Assembly: GCA_963702425.1 (NCBI GenBank)
Contig: CAVPCQ010000024.1
Location: 32,001-96,000 of the forward strand
From: an uncultured Acidobacteriota bacterium
Lineage (GTDB): Bacteria > Acidobacteriota > Polarisedimenticolia > J045
Direction: 5' to 3'
Length of the DNA stretch: 64,000 bases
Both the position numbers and the translations under genes were made by a program. Below the pieces are notes generated by a model. It was not told the DNA's origin, made no database searches, and saw only the letters and a list, made by a program, of their open reading frames with translations. The first letter of the stretch is position 1. Each line of letters starts with the position of its first letter. Shown piece by piece: positions 47,590-58,100 of the stretch.

Positions 47590-48000
47590 ATGAAGCGAAA
47601 GCGATGGGTCCTACCCGGCATCGCGATCGTGACCCTCGCCCTCGCGTGGTTCGCTCTGAACCGTCCCGGTCGTTTCGGCCTCGCGGTCTTCGGTCTCACA
47701 ACCTACAACTCCATTCCCTGGCCTGGTGTTGACCTCCAGGTTCGTCCGGACGGCACGAGTCGCCGCGTTGAGAAGACTCACGAGCTCACTTCGAACGACA
47801 TTGCCTGGCTCGTCGAGTCGCATCCTCAGACGCTCATCCTGTCGGAAGGGTGGCGCGGCGCTGTGGGGATCTCCGAGGAGTTGCGCCATCAACAGGGTCT
47901 GGATGTACGCGTTCTAAGAACGCCAGACGCCCTGCGGCTCTTCAACCAGCTTCGGGCGGCTGGGACTCGGGTAGCAATTCATGTGCACTCTACTTGCTGA
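47590..48000 (+). CDS. Mth938-like domain protein with N-terminal TM/signal (cassette gene)
   Basis: PQTLILSEGW.G, LRTPDALRLFNQL, C-terminal HVHSTC. Confidence 0.65.
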   Translation: MKRKRWVLPGIAIVTLALAWFALNRPGRFGLAVFGLTTYNSIPWPGVDLQVRPDGTSRRVEKTHELTSNDIAWLVESHPQTLILSEGWRGAVGISEELRHQQGLDVRVLRTPDALRLFNQLRAAGTRVAIHVHSTC

Positions 48001-48017
48001 CGGATCGGCCGGGGTCT

Positions 48018-48108
48018 GCATCACTTTGCGCTGCAGCCGACGGGCGCTCGGGGTTCCACGTGAGGGTGTACGATTATCCCGCGCCCCCAGCTGAGCGCGG
48101 CGCTCGGC
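48018..48108 (+). repeat. attC-like site (degenerate)
   Basis: GCATCAC...GCGCTGCAGCCGACGGGCGC...GCGCCCCCAGCTGAGCGC...GCTCGGC. Confidence 0.5.
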
Positions 48109-48120
48109 GGAAGACGAACC

Positions 48121-48870
48121 ATGGAAGACACCTGTCGTCTCTACACGGACCTGGCATGGCTGTGGCCAGCGTGGGGCGATGCCGCCGATGAATACGCGCA
48201 CTATTGTCGTCACGTCGCAAGCCTGATTGAACAGCACGCAGAGCGTCCGGCAGGCACACTGCTGGACATCGGGTGCGGCGGCGGCAAGAACGTCTTCAAC
48301 TTGAAGGAGAAGTTCAGTGTCACCGGTGTGGATCTGAGTCCCACGATGCTCGCGCAGGCAAGAGATCTGAACCCGGAGAGCACGTTCGTCCACGGGGACA
48401 TGCGGACGTTCCGGCTCGGTAGGACGTTCGATGCCGTCCTGATGGACGACGCAATATCACACATGACTTGCCTCGCGGACTTCGTGGCGGCGTTCCGCAC
48501 CGCGTCTGCCCACCTGAACCCCGGCGGGATTCTGGTTGCGACTCCAGACGTGACGACCGAAACATTCCGCCAGAACAAGACCATCGCCACGCCGGCCACG
48601 CGCACGGGCACACGGGACGAACTCGATGTCGTCTTCGTCGAGAACGTGTATGACCCCGACCCTGCGGATGAACAGTATGAAACGACGATCCTTTATCTCA
48701 TCCGCGACCATGGGCACCTTCGGATTGAGACCGACTACTGGACAATGGGCCTCTTCTCTCTCGACACATGGAGGCGTGTTCTGCGCGAAACCGGTTTCGA
48801 GGTGCATGAGGGACGGTACAACGCGGGCGAGGACGAGTACACGGTGTTCGCTTGCGTGAAGACGAGATAG
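48121..48870 (+). CDS. Class I SAM-dependent methyltransferase (cassette gene)
   Basis: LLDIGCGGG, GVDLSPTML, GDMR, HLNPGGIL. Confidence 0.88.
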   Translation: MEDTCRLYTDLAWLWPAWGDAADEYAHYCRHVASLIEQHAERPAGTLLDIGCGGGKNVFNLKEKFSVTGVDLSPTMLAQARDLNPESTFVHGDMRTFRLGRTFDAVLMDDAISHMTCLADFVAAFRTASAHLNPGGILVATPDVTTETFRQNKTIATPATRTGTRDELDVVFVENVYDPDPADEQYETTILYLIRDHGHLRIETDYWTMGLFSLDTWRRVLRETGFEVHEGRYNAGEDEYTVFACVKTR

Positions 48871-48872
48871 AG

Positions 48873-48942
48873 GCCGAACAACGGGTTGCAGCCGACGTTG
48901 CTCGGCTGCGCTCCGCAACGCGGCTGAACCCGACCGTTGGCC
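48873..48942 (+). repeat. attC site (best preserved)
   Basis: GCCGAAC-AACGGGTTGCAGCCGAC-GTTGC..GCAAC-GCGGCTGAACCCGACC-GTTGGCC; AAC/GTT core triplets intact, 70 bp. Confidence 0.75.
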
Positions 48943-48950
48943 ACACGGGA

Positions 48951-49265
48951 ATGACGATGGAGTTTCTCGAACCGTGGGTCCCTGCGGGACCGAACGCGCA
49001 CCGACTCCAGGAAGAGCTCGCGTCGGAGCTGGGGGAGCGCCATCCGCTCGAGGGTCGAGACATGCGGGCCATCGCCGTGCGGCAGGACTGCGACGACGTC
49101 CTGTTCATCAGCGTGGATGACCCCAGAGTGGTTGCGGTCGTCCACCTCACCTACGCGAATAGACCGGAAACCGACCCTCGATGGCCCGAGACGACGATGT
49201 TCGCCTCGATCGAAGACTGGGTAGAGCGCGGGATGAAGCTGGATCACGACGACTTCACCGCATAG
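48951..49265 (+). CDS. Small hypothetical protein (cassette gene)
   Basis: About 104 aa between two attC-like sites; LQEELASEL..HPL, DDVLF, VVHLTY. Confidence 0.65.
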   Translation: MTMEFLEPWVPAGPNAHRLQEELASELGERHPLEGRDMRAIAVRQDCDDVLFISVDDPRVVAVVHLTYANRPETDPRWPETTMFASIEDWVERGMKLDHDDFTA

Positions 49266-49276
49266 AGCCGCGAGAG

Positions 49277-49420
49277 GCCTAACAACCGGTTGAAGCCCCA
49301 ATCAGCAGCGCGAGTGTGCTCTTTCGCGGCACAACATCGCGTAGCCGCCGTCGGACGGCCCGGCGGCTTGCGCGAACTGAACGAACATGAGGCCGCCCGC
49401 AGCTGAACGCATCGCGAGCC
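49277..49420 (+). repeat. attC-like site (left end intact, right end degenerate)
   Basis: GCCTAACAACCGGTTGAAGC... and ...GCCGCCCGCAGCTGAACGCATCGCGAGCC. Confidence 0.45.
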
Positions 49421-49806
49421 CCATCACATGGTCAGTTCTCGGAGGAGCCGATTCGTGAACCCCATCGAGCGCAGTGCAAGGGCGTACGTCATCCGGTCAC
49501 TGCCAAAGAGACGCGCGGTGCACAACTCGGCGCACGTCGCTGCAGCCCTGGAGAGACCGCAGCACCGCGTTGTCTTGCCTTCGGGGTCTGCAACGACGTG
49601 GATGGTGCATCCGTTCTCGGCCATCGACACGGACTTCGTCGTTCACTCTGGGGAGCGGAACGGTTTCGCCAACTGCGTGTGGGATTGGCTCTCGATCCCT
49701 GGGCTCGCGTCGTGCAGCCCGGGCTGATTCCGCGACCGGCAACACGAAGGGCGGCCTCGCGGCCGCCCCGTGGCTTTGGCTTTCGCGCGGAACCCGGCGC
49801 GCGCAA

Positions 49807-50037
49807 CTAGCCGTCGGTCCCGATCGCCTCCGACGGGCAGCCTTCCAGCGACTCCTTGCACAGCCCTTCCTCGTCGGCGTTCTCGGGCTGCTTGCAGACG
49901 TAGGCGTGGTCGTCGTCGTCGGTCATCTTGAAATTGTCCGGCGCGGTGTCCACGCAGACCTTGCAGGCGGTGCAGCTGGTGTCGACGTAGTACTTGCCGG
50001 GGACGCTCTCCGCGACTTTGGCGCTGTTGTCGGCCAT
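49807..50037 (-). CDS. Ferredoxin (single Fe-S cluster)
   Basis: YYVDTSCTACKVC..AP..F, YVCKQP, CPSEAIG. Confidence 0.88.
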   Translation of the reverse strand: MADNSAKVAESVPGKYYVDTSCTACKVCVDTAPDNFKMTDDDDHAYVCKQPENADEEGLCKESLEGCPSEAIGTDG

Positions 50038-50123
50038 CTCGGAACCCTCATGGGAAGTGGAGCGTGACGGACGGTGGGAGCGGTGATTTTAGCAGTAATT
50101 TCGCCGCCGCCAGCTGACCCGGG

Positions 50124-52340
50124 TCAAGCCGGCTCACCCGGCCGGGGAGCCGGTGCCGTGGCCGGCGGGATGACCCGAAACTCACGGCTGTCGAGGACCG
50201 GGCCGTCGCTCAGGATCCGGTCGATGTCCTGCCGGGACGCGGCCGGGACGGCGGGGTCGATGATCGCGATCCCGTAGGAGCCTGGGGCGAGCGAACTCTC
50301 GGGCGCGGCGGCCTCGTACTCGCGACACGCGGTCGTCTCGCTTCGGACCTCGCCGCGCGGCGTCGGCATGATCTGGTAGATCGACTCGCGCACCGGCTTC
50401 CCGTCGGCCCCCGGCAGCGGCCGGAAGAGGATGGTGCGCGGCGCGCCCGCCAGCCCGCAGGCCACGAACCGCAGCACGACGCGGTCGGCCGACTGGACCG
50501 ATTCGGCGTCGAGCAGCGGGACGACCGCGACACGGGCCGCGTCGCGCGGCACCTCCTTCCCCTTCGCGTGCGCCGGATCGAGCAGGAAATCGCGCCCGGT
50601 GCTGCGCCCCAGGCGCACCGCCGAGACCGGCGCCATTCCCATTCGCCGGGGCCGGCAGGGAGAGCCGTACCTGCGCCGCGCCGACCTCGCCGGTCACGAG
50701 GTCCTCGACCAGCGTGCGCACGTCGAAATCACCCGGACCGGGCAGCGCGCACGTCGCCGAGAGCAGCAGGTAGGTCGGCGGATAGCGCGACGGCGGCGAC
50801 TCGATCCGCACCGTGCGCTCGACGCCGTCACCCAGCGTGCAGACCGGGTTGCCCCCCTCGTCCGTGAGCAGCCCCTCCCAGGCGAAGCGCGCCACCAGGT
50901 CGCCGCGCTCGGGATCGCGCAGGAAGGAGAGGTCGGCCAGCAGCGCCGCGACCTGGATCGGCACGACCAGCGCGCGTTCGCGCGAGGGGTAGGCGACCGA
51001 GACGCGCACGCTGGGCAGCGGGAAGCCGGTCGGATCCATCAGCGCGCCGAGCCGACGGCGCTCGCGCAGCTTCTGACGCGAGGCAAGCGTGACGATTCCG
51101 GTCGAACGCACGCGGTAGCCCCAGAACTCCGGGTGCCGGGCCGTGTCCAGGCGCACGTCGATCCTGCGCCGCTCCTCGCCGCGCGCGGGCGCCTCGAGCG
51201 GCAGGCTGAACAGGTAGTAGCAGGACATCGCCGCGATCACGCGGTCGAAGACGACGCCCAGCGAGCCGGCGGTCCGCACCGGCTCACCGCCGGTTCCGGT
51301 GGCCAGGAACTCCAGCAGGCGCGAGCCGCCTCCCGACGCCGAGGGGACGCCCAAGCCGCGGGCATCGACGGTCCAGATCGAGAACCCCCCCGCCGCGGCG
51401 CGCTGCGGTTCGAAGGCGTAGGTCAAGAAGAGGTCCTCGTGCAGGTCGAACCACGGGGACGAGAAGAGCACCAGCGCCTTGCGGCCGCGCAGCGACGAGT
51501 GCGCCAGCAGGACCGCTTCTATCGCCGCCAGCGACGGCCGTGGGTCGATCGCCTGCGAGGCCAGCTCGGTCGTCGGGTTGCGGGCCGAAGTGATCTCCGC
51601 GCTGCGCAGACCGAAGTCCTCCGGCAGGAAGACCTGGTAGGCCGGCTCCGGCGACGGATCGGGCGGGCTGTCGCCGCTCGTCAAGTCGTACAGCGAGCGC
51701 GAGTCGATCGGTGTGTCGAACGACTCGCGCGTCGGTGCCGCGGAGATCCCTTGCAGCGGGGGCCCCGAGCCGATCGTGCCGGCCAGTTCGCGCGCGGCGC
51801 GACGGATCGCCTCGGGATCCGAAACGAAGTCCGGCGTGATCGGCACGATCCGCCGCGTGTAGGCGACGACCTTGACCCGCACCGGGCGGGTGGCGGCGAT
51901 GTCGGCCAGCCGGTCGAGCGCCTGCGTCACGCGGTGGCGCATCCGCGAGTCGAGGAAGTTCAGGTCGGCGAAGACGACGATGGTCGGTCGCTCGTCGGCG
52001 AGCCGGTCCCGGGGCTCGCCGGCCCCGGCCGAGCCGTCGCTGCAGATCGCGTCGAACTCGGTCCGCGCGGCGATCGCGGGCGGGAGCGGGCGGCCGTCGA
52101 TGTGGATCAGGAAGTCCTCGCGGGCGAGGCCGGGGACCGACGACCACGCATCGCCGCGCGGGTCGATCACCGAGACGTCGATCTGCACCCGCCGGACCTG
52201 CTGCTGCTCGACGAGCGGGGCGGGGAGGGGCGGGAGCGGGGGGGCGGGGGCCTGGGCGAGGGCGCCGGGGATCGCCGCCACCGCGATGGCGGCGCAGCCG
52301 GCGGCGCGCGCCGCGGCCCGGGCAAGCCCCCGGAAGCGGC
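50124..52340 (-). CDS. Exported VWA-like domain protein of the Acidobacteria-expanded type; frameshift near 50637, start uncertain
   Basis: VQIDVSVID..VPGLAREDF, GRKALVLFS, IWTVDARGL, LATGTGG, YYLFS; the C-terminus continues in ORF 50124..50642. Confidence 0.65.
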
Positions 52341-52381
52341 GCCGGAAGCGCCGGAAGTCGTATGCTAGACTGCCCGATTCG

Positions 52382-52455
52382 GGGCCCATAGCTCAGGTGG
52401 TTAGAGCGGCTGACTCATAATCAGCTGGTCCCAGGTTCGAGCCCTGGTGGGCCCA
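52382..52455 (+). tRNA. tRNA-Ile2 (anticodon CAT, lysidine type); CCA not encoded
   Basis: GGGCCCA/TGGGCCC acceptor stem, TAGCTCAGGTGGTTAGAGC D-arm, CTGA-CTCATAA-TCAG anticodon arm, GTTCGAG T-loop; resembles ileX rather than fMet or Met tRNAs. Confidence 0.88.
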
Positions 52456-52524
52456 CTGGACGGGAGCCGCCGGGACCGCACCGCCGGACAGGAGCCCTCG
52501 GCTACGCCGAAGCGGAGGAGAGCC

Positions 52525-53328
52525 TTGAGCGAGCACATCCGCCGACTCGTGCAGTTGCAGGAGATCGCCTTCGAAATCAAGGAGATCCGCGACCTGGGCG
52601 CCCGGACCCCCGAGCGCCTGGCCGCGCTGGACGACGCCTTCCGGCAGAAGGTCGAGGAGATCGGGGCGGCCCGTCTGACTCACGAAGCCCTCGTCGCCGA
52701 GCGCCAGCGGCTCGGCCGGCAGCGCGAGGAAACGCTGCAGCGGCAGCAGCAGGCTCAGCAGAAACTGATGCAGGTCAGCAATACCCGCGAGTATAGCGCC
52801 GCCCTCAACGAGATCGACTCCAACAAGTCCGCGCTGGCCGCAATCGAGGACAAGCTGGCCGAGATCGAGCTGCAGCTCGAGGAGCTGAGCGGGCCGGCAG
52901 CGGAGGCCGACGAGCGGATCGCCGCGGCGCAGGCCGAACACGACGCGGAGAAGGCGCGGATGGAAGAATCGTCCGCACGCTCCGGTGTCCGGCTGGCGGA
53001 GCTGGAGTCGCGGCGCGAGCAGCTCAAGGTCGGGATCCCGCGCGATTTCGTCTCCCGCTTCGATACGATCTTCAACGCCCGCGGCGGCGTCGCGGTGGCG
53101 CGGATCGTCGCCAACGCGTGCAGCGCCTGCCACGTCCGGCTGCGACCGCAGATCATCAACCTGGTGAAGCGCGGCGAGGACCTGTCGTACTGCGAGAGTT
53201 GCCGGCGGATCCTCTACTTCGCAGAGACCGAGGGCGAGGCCGGCAACCCCGCGGCACCGGCGCCGGGCGCGCCGGCCGACGCGGCCGGCAAGCAGCCGGG
53301 CCCGGGGCTGACGCCGGCCGGCGCGTAG
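52525..53328 (+). CDS. Coiled-coil C4-type zinc-ribbon protein (HP0958/CdsZ-like)
   Basis: Long coiled coil, REYSAAL.EI, CSACH..CESCRRILY; GGAGGAG RBS before TTG. Confidence 0.88.
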   Translation: MSEHIRRLVQLQEIAFEIKEIRDLGARTPERLAALDDAFRQKVEEIGAARLTHEALVAERQRLGRQREETLQRQQQAQQKLMQVSNTREYSAALNEIDSNKSALAAIEDKLAEIELQLEELSGPAAEADERIAAAQAEHDAEKARMEESSARSGVRLAELESRREQLKVGIPRDFVSRFDTIFNARGGVAVARIVANACSACHVRLRPQIINLVKRGEDLSYCESCRRILYFAETEGEAGNPAAPAPGAPADAAGKQPGPGLTPAGA

Positions 53329-53342
53329 CCCGGCGCCGGAAG

Positions 53343-53768
53343 ATGCGCCTGCTCGCCTGGGTCGACGGGGGGGCCCGCGGGAACCCCGGGCCGGCCGGGT
53401 GGGGGCTCTTCCTCAAGGACGCGGACGAACAGCCGCTGCTGCGCGCCTGGGGTTATCTCGGCGACACCACCAACAACGTGGCGGAATACCGCGGGCTGAT
53501 CGCGGCGCTCGAGGAGGCGCTGTCGCGCGGCGCGACGGAGCTGGAGGTGCGCACCGACAGCGAGCTGATCCAGCGCCAGGTCACCGGCGTCTACCGCGTG
53601 CGCCAGCCGCATCTGGTGCCGCTGGCGACGACGGTGCGCGAGCTGGCGGCGCGGCTGGGAGGCTTCCGGATCCTGCACGTCCGACGCGAGCAGAACCGCG
53701 ACGCCGACGCGCTGGCCAACCGCGCGATGGACGAACGGAGGTCCGGGCGCGAGGAGGGGGTGGCGTGA
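53343..53768 (+). CDS. rnhA: Ribonuclease HI
   Basis: DGGARGNPGPAG, TNNVAEY, DSEL, HVRREQN..AD.LAN. Confidence 0.92.
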   Translation: MRLLAWVDGGARGNPGPAGWGLFLKDADEQPLLRAWGYLGDTTNNVAEYRGLIAALEEALSRGATELEVRTDSELIQRQVTGVYRVRQPHLVPLATTVRELAARLGGFRILHVRREQNRDADALANRAMDERRSGREEGVA

Positions 53769-54487
53769 ACGGAGCGCAGCCGCCCGATGCCGCGCTCCAC
53801 GCGGGCGTCGCCGCCAACCTGGCGGACGTGCTGCACCGGATCGCCGCCGCCTGCGCGCGCGCCGGGCGCGACCCGGCGGCGGTGACGCTGGTCGGGGTGA
53901 CGAAGACCGTGCCGGTCCCCGCGATCCGCGCCGCACTCGACGCCGGGCTCGCCGTGCTGGGCGAGAACCGCGTGCAGGAGGCGCTCCCGAAGCTGGCCGA
54001 GCTGCCGGGCGCGCGCTGGCACTTCATCGGCGAGCTGCAGCGCAACAAGGCGCGCCGGGTGGCCGAGCAGTTCGAGCTGATCCACTCGGTCGACTCGCTC
54101 CGGCTCGGCGAGACGCTGGCGCGGATCGGAGACGAGCTGGGGCGCCCGGTGCAGGCGCTGGTGGAGGTCAACGTCGGCGGAGAGGCGACGAAGGCCGGGA
54201 TCGAGCCGGAGGAGCTGGAGCCGCTGCTGCGCGGGCTCGCCGGCCGGCCGGGCCTGGCGATCCGCGGCCTGATGGCGGTCCCGCCGCCGCTCGACGATCC
54301 GGAGGACGCGCGGCCGTACTTCCGCCGGCTGGCGGCGCTCGCCCACGCCGCCGGCACGCTCGCCCTGCCGGGGATCGCGATGGACGAGCTGTCGATGGGG
54401 ATGACCCACGATTTCGAGGTCGCGATCGAAGAAGGCGCAACCTTCGTGCGCGTCGGGACCGGGATCTTCGGCGTGCGGGGACGGTAG
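53765..54487 (+). CDS. yggS: PLP homeostasis protein YggS
   Basis: LVGVTKT, GENRVQE, WHFIGELQRNK, LSMGMTHDFEVAIEEGATFVRVGT. Confidence 0.93.
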   Translation: MNGAQPPDAALHAGVAANLADVLHRIAAACARAGRDPAAVTLVGVTKTVPVPAIRAALDAGLAVLGENRVQEALPKLAELPGARWHFIGELQRNKARRVAEQFELIHSVDSLRLGETLARIGDELGRPVQALVEVNVGGEATKAGIEPEELEPLLRGLAGRPGLAIRGLMAVPPPLDDPEDARPYFRRLAALAHAAGTLALPGIAMDELSMGMTHDFEVAIEEGATFVRVGTGIFGVRGR

Positions 54488-54527
54488 ACGCGCCGACAGG
54501 AGGCAGCGCTCCCCGGGGCCCGCTCCG

Positions 54528-54773
54528 CTACTTGAAGAGGCCGACCATCTTCAGCAGCGCGATGAGCAGCGACGCGCCCACGACCGCCATCACCCACGAC
54601 AGGACCGGCCCCCCGCCCATGCCGAGACTGCCGGCGATCCAGCCGCCGAGGCCGGCCCCGACGATCCCCACGATGACGTTGGCGATGAGGCCCATCTGAG
54701 CGTTCGTCTTCATCACCATGCTGGCGAGCCAGCCGATCACGCCGCCGACGATCAACTGCAGGATCAGGTTCAT
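54528..54773 (-). CDS. GlsB/YeaQ/YmgE family (transglycosylase-associated) small membrane protein
   Basis: GGVIGWLAS, NVIVGIVGA.LGG, AVVGASLLI. Confidence 0.88.
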   Translation of the reverse strand: MNLILQLIVGGVIGWLASMVMKTNAQMGLIANVIVGIVGAGLGGWIAGSLGMGGGPVLSWVMAVVGASLLIALLKMVGLFK

Positions 54774-55013
54774 CGTGCACTCCTTTCAGGGGGCTCCCGC
54801 GCCGTTCGATGGCGCGCGCGGTGACCTCCCCATGCTAACCGAGAACCCTTGCCCCGCCGGGCCGAGGCAGGGCCTCCGGCTTTCCCGCTCCTCGATTCTC
54901 CGGCCGGGATCGCGATGTGACGAACCTGTCCGCCCGCGCCCCTTCCCCCGGCGCCCCGGGCCGGGTTTCGCAGCCCGCACGGCGAGCCGGCCACCCCGCC
55001 GCCGGTTCCGTTC

Positions 55014-55041
55014 TTGACAGGGGCCGGAAAACCCGTATCTC
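55014..55041 (+). promoter_or_regulatory. Putative sigma70 promoter for the FAAL gene
   Basis: TTGACA-N16-TATCTC about 150 bp upstream of ATG 55193. Confidence 0.4.
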
Positions 55042-55192
55042 CTTACCCAGCTTCGGGCTGGTTCCAGTGGGATCTTCATGCCGGGCGACTGACGCGAACG
55101 CACGGGGCGTTCGCTTCGCCGTGCTCGGGCCGTAGGACGGAGACCGCGAAAGCGGTGTTCCCGGCCTCTCGTCCGGAGGGAACGCTCCGCCG

Positions 55193-58100
55193 ATGAACTC
55201 GATCGTCGATTACCTCGATCACTGGGCCGCCGTCCAGCCGGACAAGTGCCTCTACAGCTATCTCGAAGTCGACGGAACCGAGCGCGAGGCCTACACCTAC
55301 CAGGCGTTCAGCGAGCGCACGCGCCACCTCGCCGAGTTCATCTCCCAGCTCGAGGGGCTCAAGCACGGCGATCGAGCGCTCCTCGTCTTCCCGCCCGGAC
55401 TCGAGGTCATCGTCGCCTTCCTGGCCTGCGCCCGCGCCGGGATCATCCCGGTCCCCGTCTACCCGCCGACGCCGATGAACTTCGAGAGCGGCCTCGCCAA
55501 GCTGACCTTCGTCGCGAAGGACTGCGGAGCGAAGATCGCCCTGACGACGCGTGGCTTCTACAGCTCCTACCGGCTGCTGCTCGCCAAGCGGAAGATCGCA
55601 TCGCTCTGGCTGAGCGGTCCGGAGTTGCCGAACCTCGAGTGGGTCACGACCGACGACGTCCGCGGCCAGGCAGCAGCGGACTTCCGGAACCGCGTCCACG
55701 ACACGCTCTTCCTCCAGTACACCTCGGGCTCGACGAGCGACCCCAAGGGGGTCATCGTCTCCCAGCGCAACGTCGTCCAGAACGCGCACGCCACGCTGAC
55801 CCACGTCCCGATCTGCGTCTCGTGGCTGCCGCAGTACCACGACATGGGCCTGATCGGGTATTACCTGTTCCCGCTGATCGAAGGCGGCACGGTCTACGGC
55901 TTCTCGCCGCTCAACTTCCTGAAGCGGCCGGCGCTCTGGCTGCAGACGATCAGCCGCGTCAAGAGCACGATCACCTCCTCGCCCAACTTCGGCTTCGACT
56001 ACTGCCTGCGCGAGGACAAGCTGCCCGCCGAGGAGCTGGCCGGGATCGACCTGTCGTCGCTGCAGTTCCTGATGAACGCGGCCGAGCCGGTGCGGGCCGA
56101 GACCTTCTCGCACTTCTACGAGCGGTTCGAGCCGTATGGCCTCTCGCGCGACGCCCACGTCGTCGCCTACGGGCTGGCGGAGTACACGCTCTGCGTCTCC
56201 AACTGGGGCCGCCAGATCGTGACGGTCAACAAGCAGTTGATCCAGCAGCGGACGCTGCACATCGAGAACTACCAGCCGCTGAACAACAACCAGGTCCGGC
56301 TGGTGAGCTGCGGCAAGCCGCTGAAGGGGGTGCAGGCGCGGATCGTCGATCCCGATACCTGCGTCGCGCTGAGCGAGCGGGCGATCGGAGAGATCTGGCT
56401 CGCCGGAGACAGCCGCTGCCAGGGCTACTGGAACCGGCCGGAGCTGAGCCGAGAGGTCTTTCAGGGCCGGATCGCGAACGAGCCGGCCGACGCGCCGCCC
56501 CATCTGCGGACGGGCGACCTGGGCTTCCTCTACGAGGGCGAGATCTTCGTCTGCGGCCGCAGCAAGGACCTGATCATCATCCGCGGCGTCAACTACTACC
56601 CGCAGGACATCGAGGCGATCGTCGAGGGCGCCTCGCCGCGGATCCGCAAGGGCGGTGCCGTCGCGTTCGCGGTGGACATCGGCGGCGAGGCGCTGGTCGT
56701 ACTGGCCGAGGTGCGCAAGGCGGGCGACCTCCCGGACCCCGCCGAGATCGCCAAGGCGATCCGCACCCAGTACTACATCGAGCCGCACACGATCGCCTTC
56801 GTTCCCCACGGCAGCATCGCGAAGACGACCTCGGGCAAGATCGCCCGGGCGCTGACGCGGCAGCGCTGGCAGGACGGCGAGCTGGAGGTGATCGCGACCT
56901 ACGTCAGCACCCGCGACCACGAGCCGCCCGGCGAGTTGAACGGGCTGCGCGAGCGGTTCCAGTACATCGTCACGCTCTACAACCTGACCGGCCACGAAGA
57001 GTACACCTTCGCCGAGATCGGCATCGACTCGCTCACGCTCGTCCGCCTGCTCGAGGACATCAAGGTCCTGCTCGAGGAGCACGATGCAGGCTCGCTCGTC
57101 AAGGACGTCGACGTGCGCCTGCTGCAGCGGCTGACGGTCGCCGAGTTCTTCTCGCTGCTCGATCAGTTCGAGCACTCGTCGAACGAGCCGATCCTGGCAC
57201 TGCGCTACGTCCTGCGGCGGATCCAGGAGGAGCACGAGGGGTACGAGCGCGAGTGCATGCGGTCGGATGCCGAGTTCTCCGTTTCCGGTTTCGCTGTCAG
57301 CCGAGCCGAGCAGCAGCCCGTCAGCAACGTATTGCTGACCGGAGCCACGGGCTTCTTCGGGCCGTTCCTGCTGAACAGCCTGCTGCGCAAGACCCCGTTC
57401 AACTTCTACACCGTGACGCGGGCGACCGACCCGGTCCATGGCCTCGACCGCATCAAGTCCGCGCTCCGGCGCTCCCGGCTGCTGACGCCGGAGCTGGAGG
57501 ACGCGCTCGAGCGGCGCGTCCACGTCGTGTGCGGCAACCTGACCCGGCACAACCTCGGGCTCTCGTCCGAGCAGTGGAAGAACCTCAGCCAGAAGGTCCA
57601 GGCGATCTGCCACAACGGCGCGCTGGTCAACTACGTCCTCAACTACGACGCACTCCGTCCGGCGAACGTCGACGGAACGCGCGAGATCCTGCGCTTCGCC
57701 TTCACCGGCGCGCCGAAGCAGTTCCACATGATCTCGAGCACGTTCATCTACGGGTGGACGGTCAAGGCGATGCTGTTCGAGAAGGACAACAACCCGGAGA
57801 TGGCCAACCTCGACTTCGGCTACGCGCAGAGCAAGTGGGTGGCCGAGCAGCTCGTGCTCGCGGCGCAAAAGAGCGGGCTCGACGCGCGGATCTACCGCCC
57901 CTCGCTGATTTCGGCGTCGACGAACGGCGTCGGCAGCAAGGACGACATCGCCGTGCGTCTCCTGGCCTTCATGATCCGCCACGGCATCGGCGTGACCGCC
58001 CGGAACCAGATCAGCTTCCTGCCGGCCGACCTCGTCGCCGACAACATCGCGTCGATCTTCAAGGAGCCAGAGATCCCGGCTCGCACGCTGCACTTCACGG

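Larger units (their letters stand above)
47481..49420 (+). mobile_element. Degenerate integron gene-cassette array with no integrase in the window (CALIN-like)
   Basis: Four attC-like elements flanking short co-oriented ORFs of visibly lower GC. Confidence 0.65.

Noticed and set aside
48053-48063. GTTCCACGTGA as a third parS site
   Set aside because: Only a partial match with the right arm missing, and it lies in the variable loop of an attC-like element.
52330-52358. Three CCGGAAG direct repeats upstream of the tRNA
   Set aside because: Short, irregularly spaced and GC-rich; they may simply encode the Arg-rich N-terminus of the VWA protein on the other strand.
45064-52381. Prophage, ICE or anti-phage defence island
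   Set aside because: No integrase, transposase, phage structural gene or recognisable defence domain is visible.
52382-52455. tRNA-Met or initiator tRNA assignment for the CAT anticodon
   Set aside because: No C1:A72 mismatch and no GGG/CCC anticodon stem; the sequence resembles lysidine-type tRNA-Ile2.
55088-55156. Hammerhead ribozyme or c-di-GMP-I riboswitch in the FAAL leader (CTGA and GAAA present)
   Set aside because: The CUGANGA core and the stem II-GAAA arrangement are not met, and GEMM consensus segments are absent; kept only as an unnamed structured leader.
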